A DNA stretch of 64,000 bases. Source: Octopus vulgaris. Its lineage: Eukaryota. The position numbers and the translations under genes were made by a program. Below are positions 24,382-37,060 of this stretch, one piece after another. The stretch is taken from positions 128,526,001 to 128,590,000 of the forward strand of contig OX597814.1 of assembly GCA_951406725.2 (NCBI GenBank). The letters are read 5' to 3'. The notes beneath the pieces are model-generated. The model saw nothing but the letters and a program-made list of their open reading frames with translations, searched no databases and was not told the DNA's origin. Positions within the stretch are counted from its first letter, which is position 1; the number at the start of each line of letters is the position of its first letter.

Positions 24382-26199
24382 CCAAAGTGTCATGCAGTTG
24401 AACTGAACCTGAAACTATGTGGTGGGAAATAAATTTCTCAATCACATAGCCATGTCTGCACATAAACGACTGGATGAGGCCCTAGGACAATTGGATCCCC
24501 AAGGTCACAATGTGCATTTCAAGAAGTGAATGTCCACTGAGTCCTACAATCTGCACCAGTTCACTTGGACAGCCATGCTCTTCATTAACATACATGTCAA
24601 ATGATCCCATGAATAAGTGGTATCAAAATGGCTTGCCTAGGAATTGAACCTATACTGTAAGCTTAGCTTGCAAGAGGCCTACCAGAAATTTATGATACTA
24701 GTAAAGTTATAGATGTTACTAGTTATAATGTTAAAATGGTTATGAAGTAGAGATCCTGGTTAGTTTCAATTTATAATGATGCTACTAATAATACATTTGG
24801 GAATGCTTGAGTGCCACAGTATTCCATTTTCCTCCCTAGACTTTCTAAAAACAAAAACGCAAGTCAAAAAAATAAATAAATAAACCATAAAACCCCCAGC
24901 TAATCATAACTAATACACTGATATAGAAATGCTATTAAGCGTTCACTTGAGAGTGTGGATTTGACTCTCAGTAGACTAACATACAGAAATAATATTTTTT
25001 GTTTATATGCAAGCACGTCTTGAATAGTTTTGCACCAAACTACTTAAGTTCCTTTATTATTGTCTTTCTTTTTAAGCAATGAAATATTCAATAGGACAAT
25101 TGAAATGTTGGGAAGTTTGAATGAAATCTTATGATGAAACCCAACAAACACCCAATAACTTTTCTGAAAACACACACATGCGCGCACACATGCACTACTA
25201 CCTGACAGAAATAAATATCCAAAGAAAAAAAAAAAGGACTTTGATGTCTTCACAAAGCAGGAAAGCAGCAAATAAATGTTTGGCAAAGTTATTTTTTTTC
25301 TGTCTTGCCTGTGGTAATGAAGCTTACAGATTGGTGGGAATCCCAGACTAATGCAACACAGCAGACTTGTGGGGAAGAATTATTCATGTTCTTTAGTGTC
25401 AATTATCTAGTATTCTGTGTAAGTGATTCAAGCTGGAAACCTGAGTGCACTGAAATATTTTGTGATGGTGCCAATGTGTTCTGAAATGTAGGAGGCCACA
25501 GTAGTAGTAGTAGTAGTGGTGGTGGTGGTAGTAGTAGTAGAAGAGCAGTTGAAGAAAACAAATGTATCAATGCATCAAGATAGAGCTATTTTGATTCAAC
25601 CTGCTTGAAACCACATCTTGGTTCTATGATACACTCCATTTCAAAGAAATCTTAATACTTTCCATCAAAATTCCATACTAATCTATATTCCAAACACTAG
25701 CTTAATACTGACAAAACTATTTCAATGAATTTGCTATTATTTTCAAAATTAAATTAAAATAAAGACTGCATTATAGACACAAAGAGTTAAGCACTTTCTA
25801 ATGACAATAGTTGTGAAGTTATATTTTAATTCAAATTGAGGTGAAGCTGTTAAGTTTGTTTCAGAACTTTAATACTTTTGGTGAGAGATCCGACCTGAAA
25901 TCATGTGTCAGAACAAGATATCATCATCATTTTAGCATCTGTTTTCCATGCTGGTATGGGTTGGACAGCTTTGACAGGAACTGGCAAGGCCAGGGGCTGC
26001 ACCAGGTTCCATAGTCTGTTTTGTCTTGGATTCTACAGCTGGAGACCCTTCCAAACACCAACCACTTTATAGAGTACACTGGGTCTTTTTATGTGGCACC
26101 ATCACCGGTGCTTTTTATGCAGCACTGGAACCAGTGCTGGTAGGGTGATTATTATCATTTGCAAATTCATAATCATTTGTACTATTATATATTCACTAA

Positions 26200-26431
26200 A
26201 AAGGTGGTGAGCTGGCAGAAACGCTAGCGCCGGGCGAAATGCTTAGCAGTATTTCATCTGTCATTATGTTCTGAGTCCAAATTCCGCTGAGGTCGACTTT
26301 GCCTTTCATCCTTTCAGGGTCGATAAATAAAGTACCAGTTTCGCACTGGGGTTGATGTAATTGACTTAATCCCTTTGTCTGTCCTTGTTTGTCCCCTCTA
26401 TGTTTAGCCCCTTGTGGGCAGTAAAGAAATA
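26200..26431 (+). mobile_element. SINE family C (tRNA head + ctttcatcctttcggggtcgataaa..agtaccag conserved domain)
   Basis: 14-bp TSD tatatattcactaa. The central domain resembles, from recall, the Meta/Sauria-type conserved SINE domain. Confidence 0.8.
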
Positions 26432-27919
26432 TATATATTCACTAATCTCTGCTTTATTGATAAGAAAGACTAGCATTATCCACTGCCATTGCCATTCTCA
26501 TCACTGTTCAAATGTTCACAATTCCATGCTTGTATGGGTTGGAAGAAGTTATATTTGAAGCAAATTTTCTATGACCAGATGCCCTTCATGTTGCTGACAA
26601 TCCCACTATGTCAAGATGAGGAAACAAGCATGCACGCATACTCATTTCAGCCATGTGGCTGTGGTCATGTTATATATATCTTTTATTTGTTTCAGTCGAT
26701 AGACTGCCTTGAAGAATGAATTGACTTCAATGCTTTTGCCAGAGAGTTAAGCTAAGGGTCATAAACACACCAACACCAGTTGTCAAGCAGTGGTGGGGGC
26801 CAAACAGACACAAAAGAACACATGGATATACATGTACAAGACAGGCTTCTTTCAGATTCCATCAACCAAATCCACTCATAAAGCTTTGGTCATCCTGAGG
26901 CTACAGCTGAAGACACTTTCCCAAAATGCCACACTGTGGTACTGAACATGGAACCAGGTGATTGGTAAGCAAACTTCTTAACCACATGGCCACACCGATG
27001 GTTTTGTAAAATATTACTCTAATTATAATAAAATAGTAAGTTTCAAAAACAATACTTTTAAGTTACTTGAAGGGAATCAAGATATCTGATGACATAAAAA
27101 TTGTTAAAAATGCTTTATTAGTATATTTATTACATAGGAATGTTATTATCAGTATCACATACAACTAATAACTGAAAGCAAAAGTTGTGTAGTTTTCCAA
27201 TGCCATAACTGACTGGTAGTGTAACAAGAAACTTATACACGAAACACCTGCTCAACTACTTTATAGCATTACCCTATATCGCAGAACAGAACCACTTAAA
27301 TCCAGTAAGTACAGCACTAAAAAGGTTTTTTAAAGAAACTGTCAAAGGGATTAAGTTTACGATTAGTTAATTGCTTTGTTTTTATTTGTTTTTTTTTTGT
27401 TTTTTAAGAACCAAAGCTGAAAATGTCACAAATATATTAAATCTGGAAAGTGAATTAATCAATCAGTTAATTATTCTTTTAGTCAAAAACCAAAGATTAA
27501 AATGTCACCTGTATCATATTTTGCAAATGAATTTTTCGTGCTACTCTTGTCAAACAGCTAGTATGCCATTACCACTACAACTACCATTCTCAATTTAGTA
27601 TTGATTTTTCACCACCTCTTTACTGAACTAAACTGTAAACTAGAATACATATTTGTCTAATGTAGCAGATTTTTCACAATGATTAGGTTCCATCTCCGGA
27701 GATGAGATTTCAAAGGGATAATAAATATGTAATTTACTTTTTTTGCTAAGTGCTTTATGTTAATTTTTAAAGCCAACACAGGATAGTTTTACATAGAAGA
27801 ACATTTACATCTCAACTATTAAAATAACTTCTAATAAAGGTTGAGTTTCTTGTAGTGCTAACTAAACAAAAATATGCATATTGTGACCATATAGGGTGCA
27901 AAGAGCACCGGCTTGATCT

Positions 27920-28350
27920 GCCAGTGGCACCATTCGAGTATGATCGTTACCAGCGTCGCCTTACTGGCACTTGTGCCCATGCTAGTAGGGTGCCCAGAGC
28001 ACCATCTGATCGTGATCGTTGCCAGAGCGGCCAACTGGCACGTAAAAGGGCACCATTCGAGCATGATCGTTACCAACATCACCTTACTGGCACCTGTACC
28101 AGTGGCATGTGTAAAAAGATTCGAGCGAGGTCATTGCCAGTACCGCCTGACTGGCCCCGTGCCGGTGGCACGTAAAAAGCAACCACTACACTCTCGGAGT
28201 GATTGGCATTAGGAAGGGCATCCAGCTGTAGAAACTCTGCCAGATCAAGATTGGAGCCTGGTGTGGCCGTCCGGTTCGCCAGCCCTCAATCAAAATCGTC
28301 CAACCCATGCTAGCATGGAAAGCGGACGTTAAACGATGATGATGATGATG
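27920..28350 (+). mobile_element. (GAT)n-tailed retroposon family B (RTE-type tail) with internal tandem modules
   Basis: Ends catggaaagcggacgttaaacgatgatgatg and has internal repeats of gtgccggtggcacgtaaaaagcacc. Other copies at ~2165-2510(-), 3125-3460(+), 23950-24160(-), 25920-26135(-), 30500-30757(+), 32165-32482(+), 33535-33780(-), 38450-38947(+), 45628-46040(-), 48898-49205(-) and 52355-52623(+). Confidence 0.75.
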
Positions 28351-28863
28351 ACAACACAATCATTAATATTGAGAAGGAAGGGTATTGAAGAGAAATAACC
28401 AAATTCTGAGTTGATAGACTCCAACTTGAACATGTGACAATATGGCAACTTTACTGACAAAAATCTTCCAATTCAGGTATTTAGTGAAGTGGCGCCTATA
28501 GAGCCAGCTTTGTTTAGAAGTTTCTAATGTAAAACAGTATTGAAGAGTTGAATTATGCCAAAGGCAATGGCTTTGCATTCACTGATGTTCAAGAAACCAT
28601 TAATAAATGTAATGAGTGATACTTCTGTTGGACCTACTATACTGGTGGTCAATGAACAGGGAAATATAATCAACACTGTTCATGATAACTTAATTTGAAT
28701 GAACTAACATTTTAAGAGATGGGAACAATAATTTAATGATCTGTTTGTACAGCCTTAGATGTGGCAGCAGTATTGAATGATGCTATAAACTTTTAGCAAT
28801 AAACTAAGATATAGCCCACATTTCCTGGAATTCGGTGGTTAAGAATGTTCAAAGAATACTTAC

Positions 28864-29030
28864 TTTAGTTAACATTAAAGCATGAATATCAGAATGCTCC
28901 CCTTGGAAACCAAGAGCTACTCCAGAATCTCCAACATGTCCGATGTATAATTTGCTGTGCTTTATAATTGCAATACTGGCTGTTGTTCCAGATGTGCTGG
29001 GGAACCCACTGAGAGTTTTGGGCCATTTAT
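28864..29030 (-). CDS. PPM1D: PPM1D internal exon (KWPKTLSGFPSTSGTTASIAIIKHSKLYIGHVGDSGVALGFQGEHSDIHALMLTK)
   Basis: Hand-translated. tttcag|AT acceptor, AAA|gtaagt donor, 167 nt, phase 1 to 0. Contains the PP2C SGTTA and HVGDS motifs. Confidence 0.95.
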
Positions 29031-29835
29031 CTGAAACAATTGAAAATATAAAACATTTACAATATCAAAAACAACAATAGCAAAAAAAGTATATTAAGAA
29101 ATAGGCTAATAGTAGCAACCATTCTAGTTTATTTACATGTATATAATTTGATCTATAGTAAGCAGAAACCGATTTCCACTTCAAAAATATCAGATAAAAA
29201 AGAGAAAATAAAATCAATATTTCCTTAATCACTTATCATTGTTTTAAATGTTTGGCAGTATAATCAGGAAATTGTAGCACTGAAAGGCTCAAGCCTCAGG
29301 CTGATTAAAACACACAATTCTTACTAAGCTGATACTAAACTCTTGATGACATTCACAGAGTAGTATATATTTTTCTATAAAATTTAGATTTTGCTTTCAT
29401 GATAAAATCAATTTGATCAATCAATCTAAATTTAGCCAGAATTATCTTTGACTTAAAATGTTGGAAAAGTGAAATTTGAACTAATGTTTCTCTCTATAAA
29501 CTTACAATGTATATAGTGTAAGTGCCAAGTGAGAGAAGAGAAGAGTTGTCTATTAGAGAAATTGTAGCACTATTTTTGCTATGAGACAATATCACAGTAT
29601 ATTGAAAAAGTTAGATAAAAAAAAAACCCCAAAAAAACCCATCTTGTAGATAGTTGAATCAAACTATGTAAGAATCTCAGAGATGAAATATGAATGGATT
29701 ATTGTAAAAAAACAAACTGTTTGGTTTAATGATGGAAAAACTAATGTTAGTGATAAAAGTAAGCATAGTTTAGATAATCAACACAACACTTAACACTTTT
29801 TAGTAATAATTAATTGAAAACACATCTGAATATAA

Positions 29836-30076
29836 TGGTTTCAAGAAATTTCGTCGTAAACATTTTTGCCATAAGAAAATTCATTGAAAGAAATTTTTAA
29901 ATGACATCATCATGTTTTCCTTTTAATGTCTGATGCTGACTAAAGACTTGTTTTTATGAAACCTTTTAACATTCTTTCTTTTTTATCTTTAAAAATGCTG
30001 ATATATGCTTTATCATTGTCCATATGGCAAATTTTCCTATATGGTGAAATTTCTTACGGCAAATTTTCCAGACACG
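29836..30076. mobile_element. Possible MITE with ~15-bp subterminal tandem repeats
   Basis: gaaatttcgtcgta.. units on the left mirror ..tatggcaaattttcc/tacggcaaattttcc units on the right. Confidence 0.35.
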
Positions 30077-33000
30077 AAATTTTATGCACAGCTCACTATA
30101 ATATAGACTTACACCTCAACCTGTTGTATATATATAGTATAGAAGTGTACATATAACCAAGAAGAAAATTTAAACTTAGAGAGAAAAGTGAGCTTCATAT
30201 ATACAGCAAAAAATGTTACTTTCCACATTGTGGGAAGATCATTTCACAACAAATTATTTGAAACACTTGAACATCTTTTTGTTCACATTCTTTCTACAAG
30301 CCAACAAGGGAATTTCTATGTGCTACTTGACATGCTAGTAAAAGTAGCCAAGCCTGCCTCAAATTACACATTAATGTCTTTAAAAAGAAGGACTTAAGAC
30401 TGAATGACCATGGCAGGAACACCTTTTATGAAGGTTGAGCTGGATCTAAATGACAACCACATATTTTCTTCACTCTCTCCAGTTTTATATTAATATTACC
30501 GCCAGGTAGTATGTAAAAACACCCTTTGAGCGTGAGCGTGGTCGTTGCCAGAACCGCCTGACTGGCCCTCGTGCCGGTGGCATGTAAAAAGCACCCACTA
30601 CACTCTCAGAGGTTGGCGTTAGGAAGGGCATCCAGCTGTAGAAACTTTGCCAGACCAGATTGAGCCTGGTGTAATCTTTAGCTCACCAGTCCTCAGTCAA
30701 ACCGTCCAACCCATGCCAGCATGGAAAGCAGAGGTTAAACAATGATGATGATGATGATTGGATTTTCAGAAGCTTATAGAAAAGAATTCTCATAACAAAA
30801 GCATTATTTCTATCCACTCAATGATTCATTGACAGTTTTACCAGCTTATTTTAGAACAAATAAAAACAATATATAAACATTCTTCAGATGGCTATCTTAA
30901 CTATTTTATATATTATTATGGCACATAATGGTCCTAAAATTTTGTTTACCTCTTTCATATCTTCAGGCGAGATCTTAATCTAGATTTTCTTTTAATCTAC
31001 CTTTAATCCATACATCAATATTTAATCCACATTTACAGAGTTGATTAGTCTATTTATGTTAATTGTATTAAAAATTGTATGCGATTCTCTAGCCTCAAGC
31101 TTAGGTCTGGTTTCAAGGCATAATGTAGACAAGAGTTAAATTTCCTCATGGATAGGACACATTTCTAGAAGGCATGTCATCTATTCCTGACAAGCAGAAT
31201 TGAAGTATTCTATTTAGAAACACATCAAAAGATTTGTAGCAGAAATGAACACAAAATCTACAAGTCTAACAGTACAACGAAAAAATATCTGAACTAATAT
31301 ATAACATCTGGTGCCACAGTTTTACTTAAATTTGCTAGACTGACCATTTTTTCTTTTGCTTTAGGCAAATTCATTTTATTTGACTGCTGTTGTTGTTATT
31401 GTGTCTTGAACATTTATAATCAGAATGTGTTCCACCTGTGTACATCTTGTCTTTTTATTTTTTTTTTTAATCTAGGACTTATCTAATGTGTCTTACTTTT
31501 TTTCTTTTTCAAACAATAAGATGTGATTTGAAGTAAAGTTGTTTTTAGCAGGTTGAACAACCATATAAAGTCTCCTACAATGGCCCACCATCTTTTACTT
31601 GTTTCAGTTTACATAGATACAAACACACACAGAAAAAAGCCCCTCATCTTAGTACTTATATCCATCTCTTTTGTTGAACTGCTAGGTTCATATACAACCC
31701 GACATCAGTTGCCAAACAGCATTGTATGTGGGTAACACAAACATAGGCACATACACACGCATATATGTGTGTTACATATATATGCACATATACATATATG
31801 ACAGGCTTCCACACAGTTTCCATCAACTAATTTCACTCACAAGGTATTGGTTGGTCTGGGACTATAGTAGAAAATGCTTGCCCAAGGGGCTGCACAAGTG
31901 GGAGTGACCCTGACTGAGCAAGCTTTTTTAGTCAAACTGTTGAAATTAATAGCAATGAAATCAAATAGTTTGTAGCTAAGTGAAAATGAAAATATACAAT
32001 TCTGCTGTGGTTACATTGTGATAAATAACAAAATAGAAGTCTGTAATAGAGACCATGGCCACCACCATCATTGTTTTAGTACCCACTTTTCCAGGTTTAC
32101 ATGAACCTGATGAAATCCATTGAAGAAGAGTTTCTACAGCCAGGTCCTCTTCTTGCTGCCAATATTCCGTGCCGGTGGCACGTAAAAGACACCATTCGAG
32201 CGTGATCGTTACCAGTATTGCTTTACTAGCATCTGTGCCAGTGGCATGTGTAAAAGATTCGAGCAAGGCCATTGCCAGTACCACCTGACTGGCCCCGTGC
32301 CAGTGGCATGTAAAAGCACTCACTACACTCTTGGAGTGGTTGGCATTAGGAAGGGCATCCAGCTGTAGAAACTCTGCTAGATCAAGATTGAAGCCTGGTG
32401 CAGCCATCTGGTTCGCCAGCTCTCAGTCAAATCGTCCAACCCATGCTAGCATGGAAAGCGGACGTTAAACGATGATGATGATTCCTTGTTTCCAAGTAAG
32501 TTAATGTTTTCCTAAGTCTTTTAAACACAAACATTGCAGAAGCCAGTCATGTTTCCACACAGGATTGCAAATGAATGACACAGCTTGCATGACAGTGATG
32601 TTCATTAACAATTAGTGAGAAGGAGACACATGAACACACATACATCCACACAACAGGCTTCTTTCAGTTTCGATCTACCAGAGTTACTCGCAGGATTTAG
32701 ATTGGCCTAGGATTATTGTAGAAGATACTTGCCCAAGAAACCATACAATGGAACTGAACATTTTTGTATGCTCACAAACACATAATAAGACTTGTTCAAA
32801 TACAATCAGTTTAGAAAAGAACTCGAGAGTTGTTAAAAAGACACACACACACACACAGCCATGTATCTTCAATAGAAAGACACTTGTTCTTATCCTTCTA
32901 CCATACTCTTACTTTTCACACCTAGTATAAGACATAAGCCACCTTCCTCAGTATTACACCTTCACTCAATTAAGGGGTCTGGCTTTGTAAGCTACTCGGC

Positions 33001-34789
33001 AACTTCACTGGTGTTGGTGAAACAGAAAAGCACTCAGTACATTCTATAAAAAAAGTTTGTATTAGGAAGAGCATCCAGCTGTAAAAACCATGTGGAAACA
33101 AACATTGGAGCCTACTGCAGTCCCGTAATATGTTGAAGCTTACCAAACTGTCCAACCCAATCCAGCATAAAATATAGATAATAAGTGATGATTATATATA
33201 TGTGCCATGTAAAAAGCATAGGGCTGGTACCACATAAACAACATTGGTGGAGGAGCCATGTAAAAAGCACTGGTGCTGGTGTTAGGAAGGGCATCGACCA
33301 ATAGAAACTATAATGAAACAGACAATGGAACCTGGTGCAGTTCCCAACCTTGTCAGCTCCTGTCAAACCATCCAACTCATACCAGCATGGAAAACAAAAG
33401 CTAAATGATGATGACGAGGATATACATACAACATGGTTTCAGGTTCAATCCCACTTTATGGCCACTTGGGCAAGCGTCTTCTACAATAATCATGAGACAA
33501 CCAAAGCCTTGTGAGTATATATATATATATATATCATCATCATCATCATCATCGTTTAACGTCCGTTTTCCGCGCTAGCACGGGTTGGACGGTTCAACCG
33601 GGGTCTGGGAAGCCAGGGGCCGCTCCAGGCTCCAGTCTGATTCTGGCAGAGTTTCTACGGCTGGATGCCCTTCCTAACGCCAACCACTCCGTGAGTGGAT
33701 TGGGTGCTTTTTACGTGCCACCTGCACAGGGGCCGGGGGTCCGGCATCGGTCACGATCGGTTCGAGCTTTTAACGTGCCAGGGACACGGGGGCAACGGGA
33801 TGCGGGGTAGAGTTGAGTTGGGGGGGGGGGTCCAGCTGAGAAAGGTTTCACCAGTGAAAAGAGAGGGAGAGATAGTAAAGGGGTGCAGGTAATATAGGGG
33901 AGCACCAGTGGGGAAGGTTGGGGGAGGAGGAACGATGGCAGGAAGGGTTGGTGAAGGTTCGTAAGAAATATAAACGTAGGATGTGTATATATATATATGG
34001 GTAGGTGTGGGGAAGGTTGGGGGGGTAAGGAGGAACGATGGCAGGAAGGGTTGGTGCAGGTTCGTAAGAAATAAAAACGTAGGATATTACGAGGCATGGA
34101 GGGGACTGGAAGGAGATAGTAGGATTGAGGCAGTGTCAGATTCAAAACAGGAGGAAGCGTAAGATCAGAGGGCGGTTGATGAGCTGAGACGCTAGCAGCT
34201 TGTCTTTTCTCAGTGAAAGCATATGAGGAGAAGGGGTAGGAAGGGGTGGTGGGGGAGGAGGAGGGAGTATCCGGTGTAGATGGTGAGAACAGTGTTCACC
34301 AGTATTGGTGGTATTGGCGGTGGGGGGTGGGTGGTATTGGTGGTGGGGGTGGTATTGGTGGTGGGGGTGGTATTGGTGGTGGGGGTGGGAGGGCGGGCGC
34401 ACCGCGCAATGGGAGAAGATGAGATTTTTAGGCGGCAGAAAGAAAGACAGGATTTGAGATGGAATGCTTTGCGATCGTGTGCATAAGTTTCTATGAGTGG
34501 AAGTTGGGAAAAGATGGGTTAGAGAATTAAGCGACAGAAAGAAAGACCAAATTTGAGACGAGATGTTTTTGCGAAGTTTTTGTGAATGAAAGTTTATATG
34601 CTTCAGCTAGCATTTGAGACGAAAGACAACGATAACGCCAATATATGGGGAAACAATAATAATAAGAAGGCTTGATGGTGATGATGATACTTGCAAAAAC
34701 AATGAAAAGAAGGAACAGGACTTAGCTGATATTTTTCATCCTGCGTATTGGCTAAGCCTGTGGAAGCGATATATATATATATATATATA

Positions 34790-34986
34790 TATACTTTATT
34801 TAAAGCAGCAGAAAAAATTGATATATCGGTTCCATTCTAGCAAAAACTGTCCGATGAACGGCAACGGGAAACTCAGAGTAACAGGTTTTGTTGAATTTTC
34901 TGCTGCTTTAAATAAAGCATATTGCTCTACCACTGGTATTTGAGTACTCTTTTTTCCACCTTTTTTCACATTTATGTGTTTACTCC

Positions 34987-34990
<4 letters not shown>
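34790..34990 (+). mobile_element. Probable solo pseudo-LTR / 3' fragment of a second Penelope-like family, inserted in (TA)n
   Basis: ~200 bp flanked on both sides by (TA)n. Has a ~25-bp inverted repeat (ctttatttaaagcagcagaaaa / ttttctgctgctttaaataaag) enclosing a hammerhead-like motif, followed by a T-rich tail. Confidence 0.55.
34841..34890 (+). ncRNA. Minimal type I hammerhead ribozyme-like motif
   Basis: CAAAAACTGT-CCGATGA-ACGGCAACGG-GAAACTCAGAGTA-ACAGGTTTTG: 10-bp stem I with one mismatch, CCGAUGA core, short stem II with a GCAA loop, stem III ACTC-A-GAGT, GUA triplet ending at 34880. Confidence 0.62.
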
Positions 34991-35025
<35 letters not shown>

Positions 35026-35779
35026 TATATAAATCCTTTAAAATGTTTCAGCCCAAAATCTGTGGCCATGCTGAGGCACCACCGTTGACTGTGCTACACT
35101 AGTATGTGAAACCCCCTCTGATACATGGCACTTAGTCAACAAGGGAGTTCGACACTGCTGCCCGCATCTGTGTTTTCTGCAGAAAGGTAGGTTCATCTAG
35201 AACATACATACATACATATGTGTTTGTGTGTCTTGACATTGCATGATGGTTGTAAAATGAATATCACTGCTGTGCATGTAGAGTTGTTCACTTCCAACCT
35301 TCAGTGCAAAAACAAATGAGGGTTGGTGACAAGAAAGGCATATGGCAGTAGAAAATCTACTTCAACAAATTCTGCTTGACCCATGCAAGCATGGGAATGT
35401 AGATAGTAAAACAATGATAATTATGTTGCTGCTGACATATATATATATATATATTATTTATATTATTATATGATTGAATGCCACACATCCTCTTCCAAGT
35501 AAGTTATATATAATATAATACAAGATTGCCATGGCTTATTCATATATTCAATATCATGCAAAGTGTTCTGGCTAATTTTGAATAACTTTGTATATAATAT
35601 GTAACTATGGAAATTAAAAAGATTTTGAACTTTTGCCAGATGGTTTAATGAATAGAAATATCTTGAGAAATTTTCGCCATCTCTTTATATAGAAAACTTT
35701 GCATCTGAATATTTGATAGACAGAGTGTATAAAATATTTATATGAGTGAAAACAACTGACCATAAGTGAAAAGCCCTCA

Positions 35780-37060
35780 CACACCACCAGGTAGTGGCAC
35801 AGACTATCTCCTATAGAAATGCAGGAAACAGATAGCAACCTACACACTCCAGAAACAGATTTTTGAGTCGCAGCCATCGGAGTTGATATAATGGAAAGTA
35901 GATTAGAAGAGATTATAGAAATGCTAAAGTGTGTGATATGTATAAGAAACAAAATAGTGGGAAACTTCAGCCAGATAGCAATGGGACAAATTTTTTTAGA
36001 TGGGTCGCAGTGGTGGGTGATGGTGCAGGCATATTTTTAGTGGAGAAATGGACAGATAAGGTAACTGATGGAGTCAGAGAGTGTGATGAAATAATTAAGT
36101 ATTGAGCAATGTAACAGCAATTCCTGCATATACTCCACAAAGAGACCTAATAGACAAACAAAAGGACTGTTTTTATGAGTTTCGACTGCAGACTATATTG
36201 ATAACAATTGACAGTAACCACATATCACAATGGGCAATTTTAACGAACATAGTGGTGGTCAATATCATAATGGTCACTCTGGTATCCATGATGGTTCTGG
36301 ATATGGTGCAAAAATGAGGAGGAATGAAGGATCCTGGAATTCTGTGATGCAAATGATCAAATGATTTGCAATGCTAACTTTAAGAAACCATCTGGTGAAT
36401 AAATGAATTAGACAGACTTCATTCTCATCAGGAAACAGGATAAATAGACAGTTGAGAGTTTGAAGTTTTCTTTAATCAAGAATGCACTACTCAACAGAGA
36501 CTTTTGATGACGGACTTCAGTAAGAAATACATAAACCTAGAAACAGAAGATAATCTGGAGAAGGAGCTATGGAAGTTGAAAGAGATCTTTATACTAGAAA
36601 ACAGCACTATTGATGTTATCTTCCTAGTGAGGCAACTGAAGGAAAAGTAGTTAGGAGTATGATAATTTGAGCAGGGTTCAACATATGATATTTACTAAAG
36701 AAACAAAGGATAGAAGACTGGCTTGTGAAGGCCGTTGTAACAATCATGTACAGAGTTGTAATTAGCAACTTGAGAGTCAGAATGAATTTAATAACATATT
36801 TAACATGTAAGCAGGGGTTCACTGGGGCTTTCCTTCTTTTATAGTTCCCCAGGCCACAATAAAAGAGCTTAAAACTGGTTGTTCATGGGAACCCCTGTAT
36901 GGTGATAGTTATTATAGCAGAATCTGTAACAGTTTTAGAAGAAATTCCAGACATAAAAGCTAAACCTGGATTTGAGGGGCCACAAAGCAACGTTAAACAA
37001 AAAGGTGGGGGAACATAAGTTTTATTAAGAAAGAAGACAGGGTCCTAAAATCACTAGGGA
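35780..37060 (+). pseudogene. Highly decayed RTE-type LINE (APE + RT remnants)
   Basis: Scattered motifs: IEMQET, GAGIFLVEKWTDKV, AYTPQ, RILEFCDANDQMICNANFKK, and STID.I..VRQL-like and LYGD-like RT remnants, with many stops. Confidence 0.55.

Noticed and set aside
27920-28180. Repeat-spacer-like pattern resembling a CRISPR array
   Set aside because: Eukaryotic context, the 'spacers' are homologous to each other, it is part of a dispersed retroposon, and there are no cas genes.
30215-30300. Minus-strand MWK followed by GT as a possible end of PPM1D exon 1
   Set aside because: Wrong phase and weak donor, and the upstream frame has no PP2C similarity.
33711-34486. Pro/His-rich and Val/Gly-rich ORFs
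   Set aside because: They arise from low-complexity G-rich repeats, with no splice or homology support.
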